Assembly: GCA_029262815.1 (NCBI GenBank)
Contig: JAJCYS010000029.1
Location: forward strand, 9,837-73,836
Origin: Deltaproteobacteria bacterium
GTDB taxonomy: Bacteria > Bdellovibrionota > JAJCYS01
Reading direction: 5' to 3'
DNA length: 64,000 bases
The notes under the pieces were generated by a model. The model worked only from the letters and a program-made list of their open reading frames with translations. It did not search any database and was not told where the DNA came from. Shown here in pieces: positions 28,282 to 38,841 of this stretch. Each line of letters opens with the position of its first letter. Within the stretch, counting starts at the first letter, position 1. The position numbers and the translations under genes were made by a program.

Positions 28282-29871
28282 TTAATCTGAGTAAGTCCAT
28301 GATTCGGATCCAACGATTTGATTAGCGAGCGTTGTTGAACGAAAAGCCGTATCTTTTCTGGGAAAATGTTTCCACAGATTTTGTTTAACTAAGGATAGCA
28401 TTTGAACTTTAGATAGATGATCATCGCCGTATAACGAAATAATTTTGGAAGGGTGATCAGTGAGTGCGTACGTGCTGATGGGTGTCATGCCAAATGGGGA
28501 AAAATAATGAATAAAAAATGTATGGGAATCTTCAGATTTTCTATGATATTTAGCAGTGTAGGTCTTGGTCTTAAAGTTGAATGTTGTAGTCATGGGATTT
28601 TGTTGAACGGTTTGGACGGCTACGCGGGCGTGATTTCTAAGTAATGTTGTTTCAAATCCATTATGATTTGTACTGTGTTTTGTAAGTTGTATCTGTGCAA
28701 ATGGAAATTTGTTAGTCACAAGGTAGGAATAGAGTGAGTCCATAGTCTTCCAGGCTGTATTTTGGTTTGATAAAATCTGGTCATATGGTTTTTTCAGATA
28801 GGTGTCCAACTCTTCTTTTGAAAGCCATTTCGAAGATGCCTCGAAGGTATCTACAGGGATACCCCTGTGATAAATATTGTATGTAAAGGTAACTTGTGCA
28901 ACTGTCTGTTTGTTTTTGGCCAGCGAACCTTTTTTTTGTTCAATTTTGATTTCTAGTTTCTTTTTAATCGGAAACGCATCGTTGGGAAAAAGAGGAGGGA
29001 GGAAGTTATAGGTATATGATTCAAATCCAAGTGAAGGATGGTCTCCAGATACGCTATCTTTATTTAAATATAACTCAATTCTGCTTAATGATTGTGTTTC
29101 ATGGAGCGACAGGAATGTATTTTTGCCTTTAAAATTGATTTCAGGAATGAGCTCTTGTTGGCGTTGGGTGACAAAAATATGGTTTGGTTCTCTAAAATTG
29201 ATGACTTGTTGACCGTGAGGAAAAATGAGGTTGTTTTCGATAAAATAATCCTTATTATTTGTCCGGTTGAAAATTCTCAGTAAATTATTGAAGGCATGCG
29301 GGATTCGAATCCGAGTCATATCAAATTTTTTATTTTTGTGTAAAAAAGTGAGATCTGTGATTACGGAACCTTGAACAAAATATTTCCCACTCATTTCTCT
29401 AGAGATTTGATTTTGAATCCAACGGGTATAGGGTGTCGAAAATGAATGTAGTTCTTTTCGATTAAATTTCGCTTGTAGCCTAGGGCTGTTTTGGTTGGAC
29501 GATCGAAAATCCTCCCAGAGTTGCTGAAAATTTGCATTTCGTAAATGTTGATCCAGTTTAAAAAACTCAGCCAGAACTCGTGTATTGATCGTCAAAGCTT
29601 TGTGATTAGAGTTTTGACTGAAATGTAGTTGCGTGATGTTGCCATTATCTGTTCCGAATTTGTTTTTTTCTAGTCTGTTATATTTAAAATTTGATTTGAG
29701 AAAGGTAGTTAAACCTTCTTCTGTGATGAGGTAATGCCCAAAAGGTCTGTTTTGAGAGAGTAGATCTGAAAGAGTGTAGAATGGAATTTCACATCCGTGA
29801 CTCCATGCGCTGTTACAGAAAAAATATAGCGCAAGTATCCAAACAGAAAATCTTTGACTCAAAAGAGGCAT
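28282..29871 (-). CDS. Exported hypothetical protein
   Basis: 529-aa ORF; signal ending SAWS followed by HGC. Confidence 0.75.
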   Translation of the reverse strand: MPLLSQRFSVWILALYFFCNSAWSHGCEIPFYTLSDLLSQNRPFGHYLITEEGLTTFLKSNFKYNRLEKNKFGTDNGNITQLHFSQNSNHKALTINTRVLAEFFKLDQHLRNANFQQLWEDFRSSNQNSPRLQAKFNRKELHSFSTPYTRWIQNQISREMSGKYFVQGSVITDLTFLHKNKKFDMTRIRIPHAFNNLLRIFNRTNNKDYFIENNLIFPHGQQVINFREPNHIFVTQRQQELIPEINFKGKNTFLSLHETQSLSRIELYLNKDSVSGDHPSLGFESYTYNFLPPLFPNDAFPIKKKLEIKIEQKKGSLAKNKQTVAQVTFTYNIYHRGIPVDTFEASSKWLSKEELDTYLKKPYDQILSNQNTAWKTMDSLYSYLVTNKFPFAQIQLTKHSTNHNGFETTLLRNHARVAVQTVQQNPMTTTFNFKTKTYTAKYHRKSEDSHTFFIHYFSPFGMTPISTYALTDHPSKIISLYGDDHLSKVQMLSLVKQNLWKHFPRKDTAFRSTTLANQIVGSESWTYSD

Positions 29872-30010
29872 CTGAGCTAGATATCATATGTGACTCCCAT
29901 TCAAGAAACAACGTGCTCATAGATTTTTTAGTTACGCTTTTAAATCAAAATGATATAATTCTATTATAGGTGGTCTATATCTTAATTTTTAGATCCCACT
30001 CCCATTCACT

Positions 30011-31006
30011 ATGAAACTAGATCTGAGATACATACTACTGACGGTGATACTTGCGTGTTTTAGCTCCCATGGATTGTCAAATAACTTACCAACAGAGCCT
30101 TCGCAGCCAGGTTCGGCAGATCAAATTGAAAAATCAAATAATCTGCCTGCGGATGAACTGCTGAATGACGAGGGGGGATTTAATTTTTTACCTTATCTTG
30201 TCTCCGGAGGCATTCTAACGCTTATTCTTTCATCCCACTACATTTGGTGGGATGAAGAGCCCGAATCTTTTCATTTTAAAGAATTCCATCCGATGCTAAG
30301 CAGAAGTTCTGATTCGGGGGGCACAGATAAATTTGGCCACATGTGGATGAATTACGTGCTTACTCGACTGGGGTCCAGGCTTATGTACCTCTTGGGTGCT
30401 GACCGTAAAGAAGCCATCATTTTCTCAGGTTTGACCGTTTTTGTAGGGTACACGCTGCTTGAGATTCAAGACGGATATACCGCTCATGGGTTTGATCCAG
30501 GTGATTTTTTGTTCAACAACTTTGGCATGCTGCTGGGTGTCATGAAAGAGATCTTTCCAGAGCTGGATAACTATTTTAGATTTCGAATGGGGTATTTTCC
30601 CAGTCGCCATTTTATTCGTGCTTTACATGCCAATGCGAAATCATGGTCTGATTTTCCTGAAGATTATGCAGGATTAACCTATTATTTTGACTTTATACTG
30701 CCTTTTGTTCCTTTTTTAACGGTTGGTTTACACTGGGTGACCAAAGGATATCAATGGCCAGATGAGGATCCGCCAGTTCCCTTTTCACGAAAAAAAGAGC
30801 GATTTTTAGGGGTTCATGTCGGCATTAATGGGTCTTATTTGATTCGAACATTCATGAATCCACGATTTATATCAACCAAGATCTTCTACTTTTTAGACCA
30901 ATTAATTGCCGTTCCCTTTTCGATGATCGAATTTAAATTTAGTTTAGACGAAAGCTCAAATCGGTTGACCTTCGGAATTAATTCACACATAGTTATCAAA
31001 ATATAA
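30011..31006 (+). CDS. DUF2279/YfiM-like membrane or outer-membrane protein
   Basis: GGTDKFGH, EIQDGY..HGFDPGDF, EDYAGLTY; TGATATAAT extended -10 at ~29951. Confidence 0.75.
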   Translation: MKLDLRYILLTVILACFSSHGLSNNLPTEPSQPGSADQIEKSNNLPADELLNDEGGFNFLPYLVSGGILTLILSSHYIWWDEEPESFHFKEFHPMLSRSSDSGGTDKFGHMWMNYVLTRLGSRLMYLLGADRKEAIIFSGLTVFVGYTLLEIQDGYTAHGFDPGDFLFNNFGMLLGVMKEIFPELDNYFRFRMGYFPSRHFIRALHANAKSWSDFPEDYAGLTYYFDFILPFVPFLTVGLHWVTKGYQWPDEDPPVPFSRKKERFLGVHVGINGSYLIRTFMNPRFISTKIFYFLDQLIAVPFSMIEFKFSLDESSNRLTFGINSHIVIKI

Positions 31007-31012
31007 CCTCGT

Positions 31013-31031
31013 TTATTTATGAGACCGGTTC
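31013..31031. repeat. Solo terminal-inverted-repeat remnant of MITE family B
   Basis: ttatttatgagaccggttc is identical to the last 19 nt of the element ending at 63796. Confidence 0.75.
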
Positions 31032-31150
31032 AAGCTATAATACTGTTGAGTTATTATGGGCAGTATTACATTTCACGCGTTGATATCTAGCCAATTTCCT
31101 AAACAGATGTTATTTTGGGGCGTTTCCGCTATTGAGTTGCTGGAGGCGTT

Positions 31151-31894
31151 ATGATTCAAAAAACAGTTTTTGTTTGCATGATTTCTTTAGGGACTGTTGC
31201 TACGGGTTATGCGTTTCATGAAGAAGCGGTGATAGAGTCCTTTCTATATGACAGCGCTTCAGGAAGCCCCCAAAATCGACTCTTTTTTGATGCCAACATG
31301 TTTCATATTTCATTGGCAGGAAAGCAGATTAAGGGCAAAAAAGTCGTTTCGGACATTCAGGCCTCTTTTCATGCAAGGTATGAGCGGAGTCTTGCCTCTC
31401 GTTTTGGGGCGATACTTGCGTCAAATCTTAAGTTCATACATTTTTCAAATGATGGTGCTCAAGCTACTTTAGCAAAAAACTACGACGCTGTTGCTCTGAG
31501 TGGTGGTATCGGGTTATTTGGTATTCCTACTGAGTGGCTAAAGGTCAATGCTGTAGTCACGTTCTTTCAGCAGTTTTTTTATGTAGGGTCACCTTTGGAA
31601 AATCGGGTATCATTTGATTTAAATTGGATGCCTCAGCTGGAACTTTCTCTACAAGCGTTGGTTGCCCGTCTGTCACTCTTCGAATTTCAAACGGGGGTAG
31701 AGGGATTTGTTCAAGCAGGTAGTAAATCACTAAGCTTCGGATACGGGTTTGGTGTTTGGGCTATGGCATTTTTTATGACATCAAAGGTTTTTTATCTTAA
31801 GGCGGCCTACCATTTGAAAAATTTTGAATTCCAATCATCTGACGAACGTTATGAAGATCTAGAGGTTGGACTGGGTATGCGGCTTCGCTTTTAA
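31151..31894 (+). CDS. Putative outer-membrane beta-barrel protein
   Basis: Signal peptide, amphipathic beta strands, C-terminal VGLGMRLRF Bam signal; GGAGG RBS. Confidence 0.75.
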   Translation: MIQKTVFVCMISLGTVATGYAFHEEAVIESFLYDSASGSPQNRLFFDANMFHISLAGKQIKGKKVVSDIQASFHARYERSLASRFGAILASNLKFIHFSNDGAQATLAKNYDAVALSGGIGLFGIPTEWLKVNAVVTFFQQFFYVGSPLENRVSFDLNWMPQLELSLQALVARLSLFEFQTGVEGFVQAGSKSLSFGYGFGVWAMAFFMTSKVFYLKAAYHLKNFEFQSSDERYEDLEVGLGMRLRF

Positions 31895-31984
31895 TACATC
31901 CTCAAGACCCCAAAACCAATCATAATATGAATCAAGTAAAGTTTTCCTCCCGCAATGCCGACACGTGCATAAGGGAGAGGTCTT

Positions 31985-32551
31985 ATGAAAAAAATTATCT
32001 TGAGTCTTTCAATTGTGATAGTAGGGTTTGGATTAGGTAAGACTGGGTATGCCAAAAAAGATCCCATCGATGATGTGCTTGCCCAGAAAGCAATCAGCAT
32101 TCGACAGAACGTATTACTTAGATACAGTGAGTTGATGACTTTGGGAAGCGTGTCCAATAGTAAAGCTCGTGTTGTATTACTAGATAAATTTGATCAATCT
32201 TTGGCTCAAGCCCAAAAGAACAAAGATTATGATCGTGCAATTGGGTATACGGAAATGGTGTTGACATTGGTGAGGGCATACCACGTATTCAAAAATTACG
32301 CAGTGCATTTAACGTTTACGGATATTCATCCTGATGCTATTGAAGATGTGAAGAAAGCTGCAATTAAAGTGGGACAACTTGTGGATCCCATTATGCGAAG
32401 AGCTTTTTATTTATTACATGACGTGAGAAAAGACAATGATGTGCCTGTCTTTCAATTGGGATTTTATGTAAATTTAATCAATCGGTTGAATGAAACAATG
32501 GATGTGTTTCCAAGCGAGCTCGAGGTGTACATACTCCAATCTGCCCGATAA
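31985..32551 (+). CDS. Exported helical hypothetical protein
   Basis: Signal MKKIILSLSIVIVGFGLGKTGYA; GGAGAGG RBS. Confidence 0.8.
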   Translation: MKKIILSLSIVIVGFGLGKTGYAKKDPIDDVLAQKAISIRQNVLLRYSELMTLGSVSNSKARVVLLDKFDQSLAQAQKNKDYDRAIGYTEMVLTLVRAYHVFKNYAVHLTFTDIHPDAIEDVKKAAIKVGQLVDPIMRRAFYLLHDVRKDNDVPVFQLGFYVNLINRLNETMDVFPSELEVYILQSAR

Positions 32552-32683
32552 TTCGTTTGCCATCCCTACTCTTCCTTGTCATCCCTTGTGCATGTTAGAT
32601 AATTCGATGACAATTGGGAGGGATTGCTTTGGTACGATCCCCATGCTTTTAACAATACTTGTCAACGAATTACCTAACCTTTA

Positions 32684-32735
32684 CAATTGCGAGGAGGGCC
32701 GAGGGCACTTGTGCCCCGGTCTGACGAAGCAATCT
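32684..32735. repeat. REP-like element (family 2), within a degenerate REP cluster at ~32575-32735
   Basis: caattgcgaggag...gacgaagcaatct resembles the reverse complement of 20771-20804; inner hairpin gggcac-tt-gtgccc. Confidence 0.65.
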
Positions 32736-32781
32736 GCTCTTGCTTCCTTGGCACAGATAATGATATGGTTCTGAGCTCCAA

Positions 32782-33825
32782 GTGCAAGTGAGGTCATGTA
32801 TGGCGTATTTTCGAGCAAGTGTAGTAGGGTTCATGTTTTTGCTGAGTTATGCTTTTCCGGCATTATCCTGTGGACCCGCGTTCGAAAATCAGTTGGATTC
32901 ACTGCTTAAACAATTCCATGAAACACCAAAAGTACTTCGTTTGAGAGATGCCTTAGTTGCCGCTGCGATTGAATATCAAAAAATTTTTCAAGATATTGTT
33001 CAGATTCAGGACGGTCATATCGTATTAGGTCATGCCAAAAAACAAGCCACACACCTCCCACAAAAGCTTCAAGCATGGGAGGTGCTTCAACCGTCGGGTC
33101 CAATTCGAATTTTAGGTGAACTAGGATATGGCGCAGATGAAGTACATATGGAATTGAAGGGTCGGACTCAAAATGTCTACAAAATTGGCGATTATTATGT
33201 TCGGCCTTTTTTACCTATGTACGCTCAAAAATCATCCTTTGATTCATTTCGTAAGATACTAGCTGCACAGAATCTACGTAAGATCACAGCGATAAACGTG
33301 GTATCTGAGACGATTCTAAGTTTTGTAACCGGTCGTATTTCCAAAATCATTAAGGAAGATGGCTCAGTTGTTAAAGGTGAATGGGATGTGAGGAAACTCA
33401 AAGCTTCAGCCACCAAAGAGATTACAGGCCCACTGCGAGGACTTTTAAATATGGATCATTCGATTGCGTCAGTGGCTGATGAAAAATCTCTTTCGAATTT
33501 TATGGTGTTTCATTTTTTGGTAGGACACTGGAATCTTAAAGAACATAATGTGCTTCGTGATATTAGCATGGTTAAAGGGGTAGATTACGGGGAAGCATTT
33601 CCCGTGTCGTTTAATCTGATGGCCTACGCGTTTTCTGCTATCAACTTGCCAGACCAGGTAACATCCGAAATGGTGAAGGCCATTGAGCACTTGTCCCCCT
33701 CTAATATCGGGCAGCGACAAGTCCTGCTGGCATACATGACCCAGCCAGAGTTATATCAGTTGGCTTATCAGCACTTAGTTTTGAAGCACCTGCTAAATTC
33801 TGGTCAATTTAAAATTTTAGAATAG
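32782..33825 (+). CDS. Exported HipA/PI3-PI4-kinase-fold protein, probably a pseudokinase
   Basis: Signal ending PALS-C. FHFLVGHWNLKEHNVL...GVDYGEAF aligns by eye with the DxLxxNxDRHxxN...IDxGxAF pattern. Confidence 0.6.
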   Translation: MQVRSCMAYFRASVVGFMFLLSYAFPALSCGPAFENQLDSLLKQFHETPKVLRLRDALVAAAIEYQKIFQDIVQIQDGHIVLGHAKKQATHLPQKLQAWEVLQPSGPIRILGELGYGADEVHMELKGRTQNVYKIGDYYVRPFLPMYAQKSSFDSFRKILAAQNLRKITAINVVSETILSFVTGRISKIIKEDGSVVKGEWDVRKLKASATKEITGPLRGLLNMDHSIASVADEKSLSNFMVFHFLVGHWNLKEHNVLRDISMVKGVDYGEAFPVSFNLMAYAFSAINLPDQVTSEMVKAIEHLSPSNIGQRQVLLAYMTQPELYQLAYQHLVLKHLLNSGQFKILE

Positions 33826-33833
33826 AATGAATC

Positions 33834-34883
33834 TTATCGAAAGAAATAATAGTCATCCATTTCAGGATAAAGCTCCGTATACGTGACCATGATTTTGTAG
33901 GCCTCAAAAAGTAATTCGAGCGCTTCCTTTGAGTTATAGGGTCCACCCGTGACGAATTTTTGGGTGAGCTTTTGTGTCAATTCGGGTTGCTCATAAAAAA
34001 AGCGTTGAGCAGCCGGATTCACAAAATGGCTTGGGCTAATCTTGTCGCCACGAGTGAAAAACATATAGAAATTATTTGGCCCGTCCAATTCACCGTCTTG
34101 CGTAAAAGCCTCAAACGATCGTGCGTAGGTATGTGTCGTGTTTGGTGTGTCCAATGCGTTATTGCAAAGTTCATACTCAGAGCGAAACAAAGGCCAGCCT
34201 TGTTTCCAAAAATACCAAGGTGCTTTCTTCGTAGCGGGCCCGTCCGTCGCGAGATGCGCCATAAATAAATCAAGAGCGACTAAAGAATGCCATGCAACCT
34301 CGACGCTATGTTCACCAACTGCGAATCTCATTTCAGTTTGGATCGTATCTTTATACTTGTGGGTTAATGTTTGAGCAGTTGTTAAAAATTCAGGCACATG
34401 TTCAGGGTTTCGAACTATAAAAAGCATGAGTGTGAGGTAGGCATTCACATCTTCTAAATATCCTTGCTTCACAGGGTGATGTTTTTCAGAGAATTTTTGC
34501 ATGAACGAATTCTTGGGGTACGTAACTAAGCCAGCTCCTTGAGAGCTCCATGTTGATAGTCTATTCATATTACTGATGAGCCATTTAGCGTAACTCGACT
34601 CTAAATTGGAAGTACTGCCTGTGTAGAGTTCAATCATTTTATTTGTGACTGCAGGATCTGTTGTCAATGGCTGTTGAAATGTCCACAAAATCCCACGGAC
34701 AACCAATCGTCGTTCCAATTCAGATTTGGCACCTGGAATTACAATAGTGCTCATTCGATCTTGTTCTAATTGAAGCAACTTTTCTGGATCATGCATCCCG
34801 CACGTGACTTGTTGAACACTGCCATGAGAATGAGGAGAAAGCCCGACTAGAGCTATTAATATGAATAATTGATTGAGTTTCAT
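33834..34883 (-). CDS. Exported hypothetical protein
   Basis: Signal MKLNQLFILIALVGLSPHSHG then SVQQVTC. Confidence 0.8.
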   Translation of the reverse strand: MKLNQLFILIALVGLSPHSHGSVQQVTCGMHDPEKLLQLEQDRMSTIVIPGAKSELERRLVVRGILWTFQQPLTTDPAVTNKMIELYTGSTSNLESSYAKWLISNMNRLSTWSSQGAGLVTYPKNSFMQKFSEKHHPVKQGYLEDVNAYLTLMLFIVRNPEHVPEFLTTAQTLTHKYKDTIQTEMRFAVGEHSVEVAWHSLVALDLFMAHLATDGPATKKAPWYFWKQGWPLFRSEYELCNNALDTPNTTHTYARSFEAFTQDGELDGPNNFYMFFTRGDKISPSHFVNPAAQRFFYEQPELTQKLTQKFVTGGPYNSKEALELLFEAYKIMVTYTELYPEMDDYYFFR

Positions 34884-35131
34884 ACAGCAGCATTAAAACT
34901 AAATCATTGTAATTCATTTGTCAAATTAATTAATTAATTAATGATTAGAAGGAGTTGAATTAAAAAAATTACATCATATTCGATAGATGTGCAAGATTTC
35001 ACGTATGTGGGGTCGGTTTCAGACATTTGCAATTGAATGCTTCTTCTGCCTTCTATATAGTAAATAGTATACAGTGAATGGGTAGGTATGTTGTTCATCA
35101 TACCTACCCAAACCCTCACAAGGAGGATCGG

Positions 35132-37705
35132 ATGCCTCGTCGTATTTTTGTTTCCATCGTCGTTATTTTAATGATTGCCATCATGAGGATCTCTGCCTGT
35201 GGCAGTAAATCGTCTTCGCGAAAAGCAGTTCGGAATATTGCCTCTACAGATAATAATAATAACCAAAACCAAAATGGTAAATTGGGAGGCGGCATCCCTG
35301 TTCAATCGGGTGAAGAGGGTGATATAAAAGAAGGCCGATACCCCAGTCAATGCGGCAATATCCAAATATCGGATGATGACAAATATCTTTTTGTCGTTAA
35401 CAAAACCAAAAGCGGTGAGTATAAAGAGGACGCGCCTGGATCCTTGTCTGTTTTTCGTGTAAGTGAAAAAGGAAAGGATGATAACTCTCTTGTAGAAGAA
35501 GTCGGTGTCGGTGAAGATCCGTACAGTGTTTCGGTCTTACCTAACAAAAGTCGTGCGTACGTTACCAACGGAGCCGACAACAATGTCAGTGTGATTGATC
35601 TCAGAACCTCTAAAGAAATCAAAAAAATTCCAGTCGGTTCTGAACCTCGATGTTCTGCGTTGTCTCCGAGTGGAAAAATGTTGTATGTTTCCAATCATTC
35701 GGATGGAACCGTTTCTGTCATCGACACGGGTAGTACGCGCGTAATTAAAACCATCGATCTTCAACTAAATCAAGTCAGAATCAAAAATCCCTACGCCCTG
35801 AGTGTGACAAATAATAAAGACGAAAGTGATGCAGATGAAAAAGTATATGTAGCTGATTTTTATGCTCGAGGCCGAGCTTCCGTACCCATCGATCAACGAG
35901 AAGCAACCGACAATGGAAAAGAAGCGCGTATTGCAGTCATCGAGGCAAGTCAAAACAGTATGGCCCGTATTATCATGCTTAGCCCATTACCTGGTAATGT
36001 GGTTGGATTCCCAGGAGATCGGTCAAAATTTTCTGTACAAGGGTCAGAGCACCCGATTTTTAAAGCAAAAGGGGCCGACCCCACTAAGGAACTCCAAGGG
36101 GCGTTTTTTAACCAACTGTATCATTTTGCACTCGATCCTGAGTCAGACATGATGTACGTACCAGCCATTGGAGCCGCACCCGCGCCACCCGTAAAATTTA
36201 ATGTAAATATCCAGGCCCTTGTGGGGGTTGTAGATACTGCCAGTGATCAAGAAATCACCTCACTGCATCGCAATCTCAATAATTTAATTAAAGTTGAAAA
36301 AGATCCAGAACCCCCGTTTATTCCAGATAATGCTGCACGACTCGATCGCGCATTTATGGCTGATACGATAGCCTTGGCTATCCGAAAAGGCACAGCCCTA
36401 TTTGTCAGTCGTGGGGGGAGTTATGTCTTGCGAGCTGCTATCGGGAATGATGGCAGCATGAAATTAGAACAAAATAGCCGAGGTGCGGGTATTCGATTAG
36501 CCGTCGGCAATATTCCGACCGGCATTGTCATGAATAGCTCAGGAACACGGGCTTATATAAACGCCGAAGTGTCACAAACCGTTACGACACTTGATCTTGA
36601 GAAAAATGATGTCATGAGTACGTTTAGGAGTGCCGATTTACCTCCACCTGGATCGGAAGCGCATATGATCCTAATTGGAAAGTTAGCCTTTTTTACGGGT
36701 ATGGGCTTATCTCCCGAAAATTTAGTGAAAGCTGACGTCAGAAAGATTGATACCCACACGTTTCGAAATTTAGCATCCAACCATAACTGGAGTTCCTGCG
36801 CATCCTGTCATCCTGGCGGGTTAGCCGACGGTGTGACCTGGTTGTTTCCGACGGGACCTCGTCAGACGCCAGCGCTTGATGGCACGTTTGCCCTGAAGGA
36901 TCCCAATGATCAACGGGTACTCAATTGGAATGCAGTACGGGGTAGTGTGACGGATTTTAATAACAACGCCAGAAATATCCAAGGTGGGTTTGGATTTTCA
37001 ATTGATGCCGCACGGAAAGTTCAAATACCGGGTAACGACAAAGGCAGTGTGGAAGATGCAAAGATTGTTGAAAATCATGGCCCTGACCATAAAACAAAAT
37101 TTGGAAACCGAACGGGTTATTCTGATTCATTAAACCTGATGACCCTCTGGGTCCAGAAAGGCATTCGGACACCTAATCGTCCCTCAACCCTAAATGCACA
37201 ACTAGTAAACGCCGGTCGCGGGTTATTTAAAGTACATTGTGCGTCTTGTCATGGAGGCGCTAAATGGACTTCATCTCAAATTCAATGGACCAATCCAATT
37301 CGTAAGGGTGGGCAGCCGCTACCACCTGAAGCTGACAAGGTTCAGTTTATAAAACCAGAGCTACCGGTCATTGTGAAATTCGTCGGTGGTGTTCAATCAA
37401 CCGATATTATTATGAACATTGGAACATTGGATCTCACTAATGTAATCGAGTTTAGAGGTGCAGGGAAAGGTATTGGAAAACGATCTGTGCCACCGCCAGG
37501 ATCTTTTAACTCACCGTCCCTTTTGGGTGTGGCAAGCACGGGCCCGTATGGTCATCACGGTCGAGCCAAATCGTTGATTGATGTATTTCGAGCGAGAACG
37601 CCACAAGGGGGATTGGGTCACCCAGCTTTTGGATTGAGTGGGAATCAATTATCCGCTGTTGTGGAGTTTATTAGGGCCATTGACGAGAAAGAACCACCGC
37701 TTTAA
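35132..37705 (+). CDS. Lipoprotein: YVTN/YncE beta-propeller plus di-heme c-type cytochrome (CcP/MauG-like), paralog 1
   Basis: AAGGAGG RBS before ATG 35132; lipobox ISAC; YVTN repeats (RAYVTN, VSVIDL, VGSEP); two CASCH heme motifs; PSLLG..TGPYGHHG. Confidence 0.9.
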   Translation: MPRRIFVSIVVILMIAIMRISACGSKSSSRKAVRNIASTDNNNNQNQNGKLGGGIPVQSGEEGDIKEGRYPSQCGNIQISDDDKYLFVVNKTKSGEYKEDAPGSLSVFRVSEKGKDDNSLVEEVGVGEDPYSVSVLPNKSRAYVTNGADNNVSVIDLRTSKEIKKIPVGSEPRCSALSPSGKMLYVSNHSDGTVSVIDTGSTRVIKTIDLQLNQVRIKNPYALSVTNNKDESDADEKVYVADFYARGRASVPIDQREATDNGKEARIAVIEASQNSMARIIMLSPLPGNVVGFPGDRSKFSVQGSEHPIFKAKGADPTKELQGAFFNQLYHFALDPESDMMYVPAIGAAPAPPVKFNVNIQALVGVVDTASDQEITSLHRNLNNLIKVEKDPEPPFIPDNAARLDRAFMADTIALAIRKGTALFVSRGGSYVLRAAIGNDGSMKLEQNSRGAGIRLAVGNIPTGIVMNSSGTRAYINAEVSQTVTTLDLEKNDVMSTFRSADLPPPGSEAHMILIGKLAFFTGMGLSPENLVKADVRKIDTHTFRNLASNHNWSSCASCHPGGLADGVTWLFPTGPRQTPALDGTFALKDPNDQRVLNWNAVRGSVTDFNNNARNIQGGFGFSIDAARKVQIPGNDKGSVEDAKIVENHGPDHKTKFGNRTGYSDSLNLMTLWVQKGIRTPNRPSTLNAQLVNAGRGLFKVHCASCHGGAKWTSSQIQWTNPIRKGGQPLPPEADKVQFIKPELPVIVKFVGGVQSTDIIMNIGTLDLTNVIEFRGAGKGIGKRSVPPPGSFNSPSLLGVASTGPYGHHGRAKSLIDVFRARTPQGGLGHPAFGLSGNQLSAVVEFIRAIDEKEPPL

Positions 37706-37707
37706 AT

Positions 37708-38748
37708 TTACAAATTGGATTTCCAATAGGTGGGGTTGACCAAAATACCATCCGTCATGTTCACTTTGGCCACGTTCACCTTTTGAATATTGAGGGCTTC
37801 CATATAGCCTAATACGAGAATCAGGTTTGATATTTCCGTGCTGGCATATTTGGATCCTATCGCTTCATCGGATAACCCTAGACGTCGATGTAAGGTGTCA
37901 CGGACTTCCTTTTGGGTGAATGACTTTGAGTCACTGTTTACTTGGTTTCGAATGCTGTAATAATGAACCCCGCCAATGCCTAGGATTTCTGAATTTGAAA
38001 GTTTTGCTTTCAAATCTTGTGAGGTTGTTTTTAATGCATGTGCTTTGGCATGTTCAAGGGCTGCTGCTGCGTCGCTTTGAAAAATAGGATTGGGCGTCGC
38101 TCGCGTTTCTTTGCGTTGAATATGTTTTAGGATGTAATCTTTGAACGTGACTGATGCCAGACTTCCTTTGTGCACACTTAATTTTTCTGAGATTGAAGCA
38201 GAAAGTTGCATACTGCCACCACCGATATCCCAAACTACAAGTGGCTTCCCATTGTTTTTCACTTTTCCGGCTGCACCATAATAGCCAATTTCGCCTTCAT
38301 CTTGTTGAGAAATAATTTTAATACGTAATCCGAGTTCACGATAAGCTCGCTCTAAAAATATTTTTGGATTTCGAGCATGTCGAAATGCCGAAGTGGCAAC
38401 TGCAGCAAATGTTTTTGCGCCAAGTGAGACGGCTTGTGCTTTGAATGTTGTTAACACTTTCATCCCACGATCTATTATTTCTTGGCTGAACTTTCGGTCT
38501 TTTGAAGCTGACAAATCGGATTTATAGGGTACTTTTTCTTTTGCCTCGCCCAACACTTTCAGAATGGTATGTCGGCAGGTATCCACAAGTGCAACCGTCA
38601 TTTTAGTGGTACCTGATCCGATGTCAAATGCCGCACGTTTGGCAATACAGGTAGGGATTGTTTTGACTTGAGTGTATGTGATGGCATAGCCGATCAGGCT
38701 AAACAAAACGATCGTAATGAATCCGGTTACCAGGCGTTTTCCATTCAT
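37708..38748 (-). CDS. Ppx/GppA (ASKHA) family phosphatase with N-terminal signal or anchor
   Basis: FDIGSG, ATSAFR, ISQQDEG, WDIGGGS, GIGGV, TDG; hydrophobic N-terminus; AGGAG RBS before ATG 38748. Confidence 0.85.
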   Translation of the reverse strand: MNGKRLVTGFITIVLFSLIGYAITYTQVKTIPTCIAKRAAFDIGSGTTKMTVALVDTCRHTILKVLGEAKEKVPYKSDLSASKDRKFSQEIIDRGMKVLTTFKAQAVSLGAKTFAAVATSAFRHARNPKIFLERAYRELGLRIKIISQQDEGEIGYYGAAGKVKNNGKPLVVWDIGGGSMQLSASISEKLSVHKGSLASVTFKDYILKHIQRKETRATPNPIFQSDAAAALEHAKAHALKTTSQDLKAKLSNSEILGIGGVHYYSIRNQVNSDSKSFTQKEVRDTLHRRLGLSDEAIGSKYASTEISNLILVLGYMEALNIQKVNVAKVNMTDGILVNPTYWKSNL

Positions 38749-38841
38749 GGGGTTGGCTCCTAAGGATATTGGCGTATTTGTATATCTAGTGCATTCTTGT
38801 TCAAACATCAATTAAAAAAGCGATTAACTTCAGATTACTGC

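Noticed and set aside
35132..35200. Twin-arginine (Tat) signals in the di-heme paralogs (MPRRIF, MRRNL)
   Set aside because: The match to the Tat consensus is weak, and c-type cytochromes are normally Sec-exported before heme attachment.
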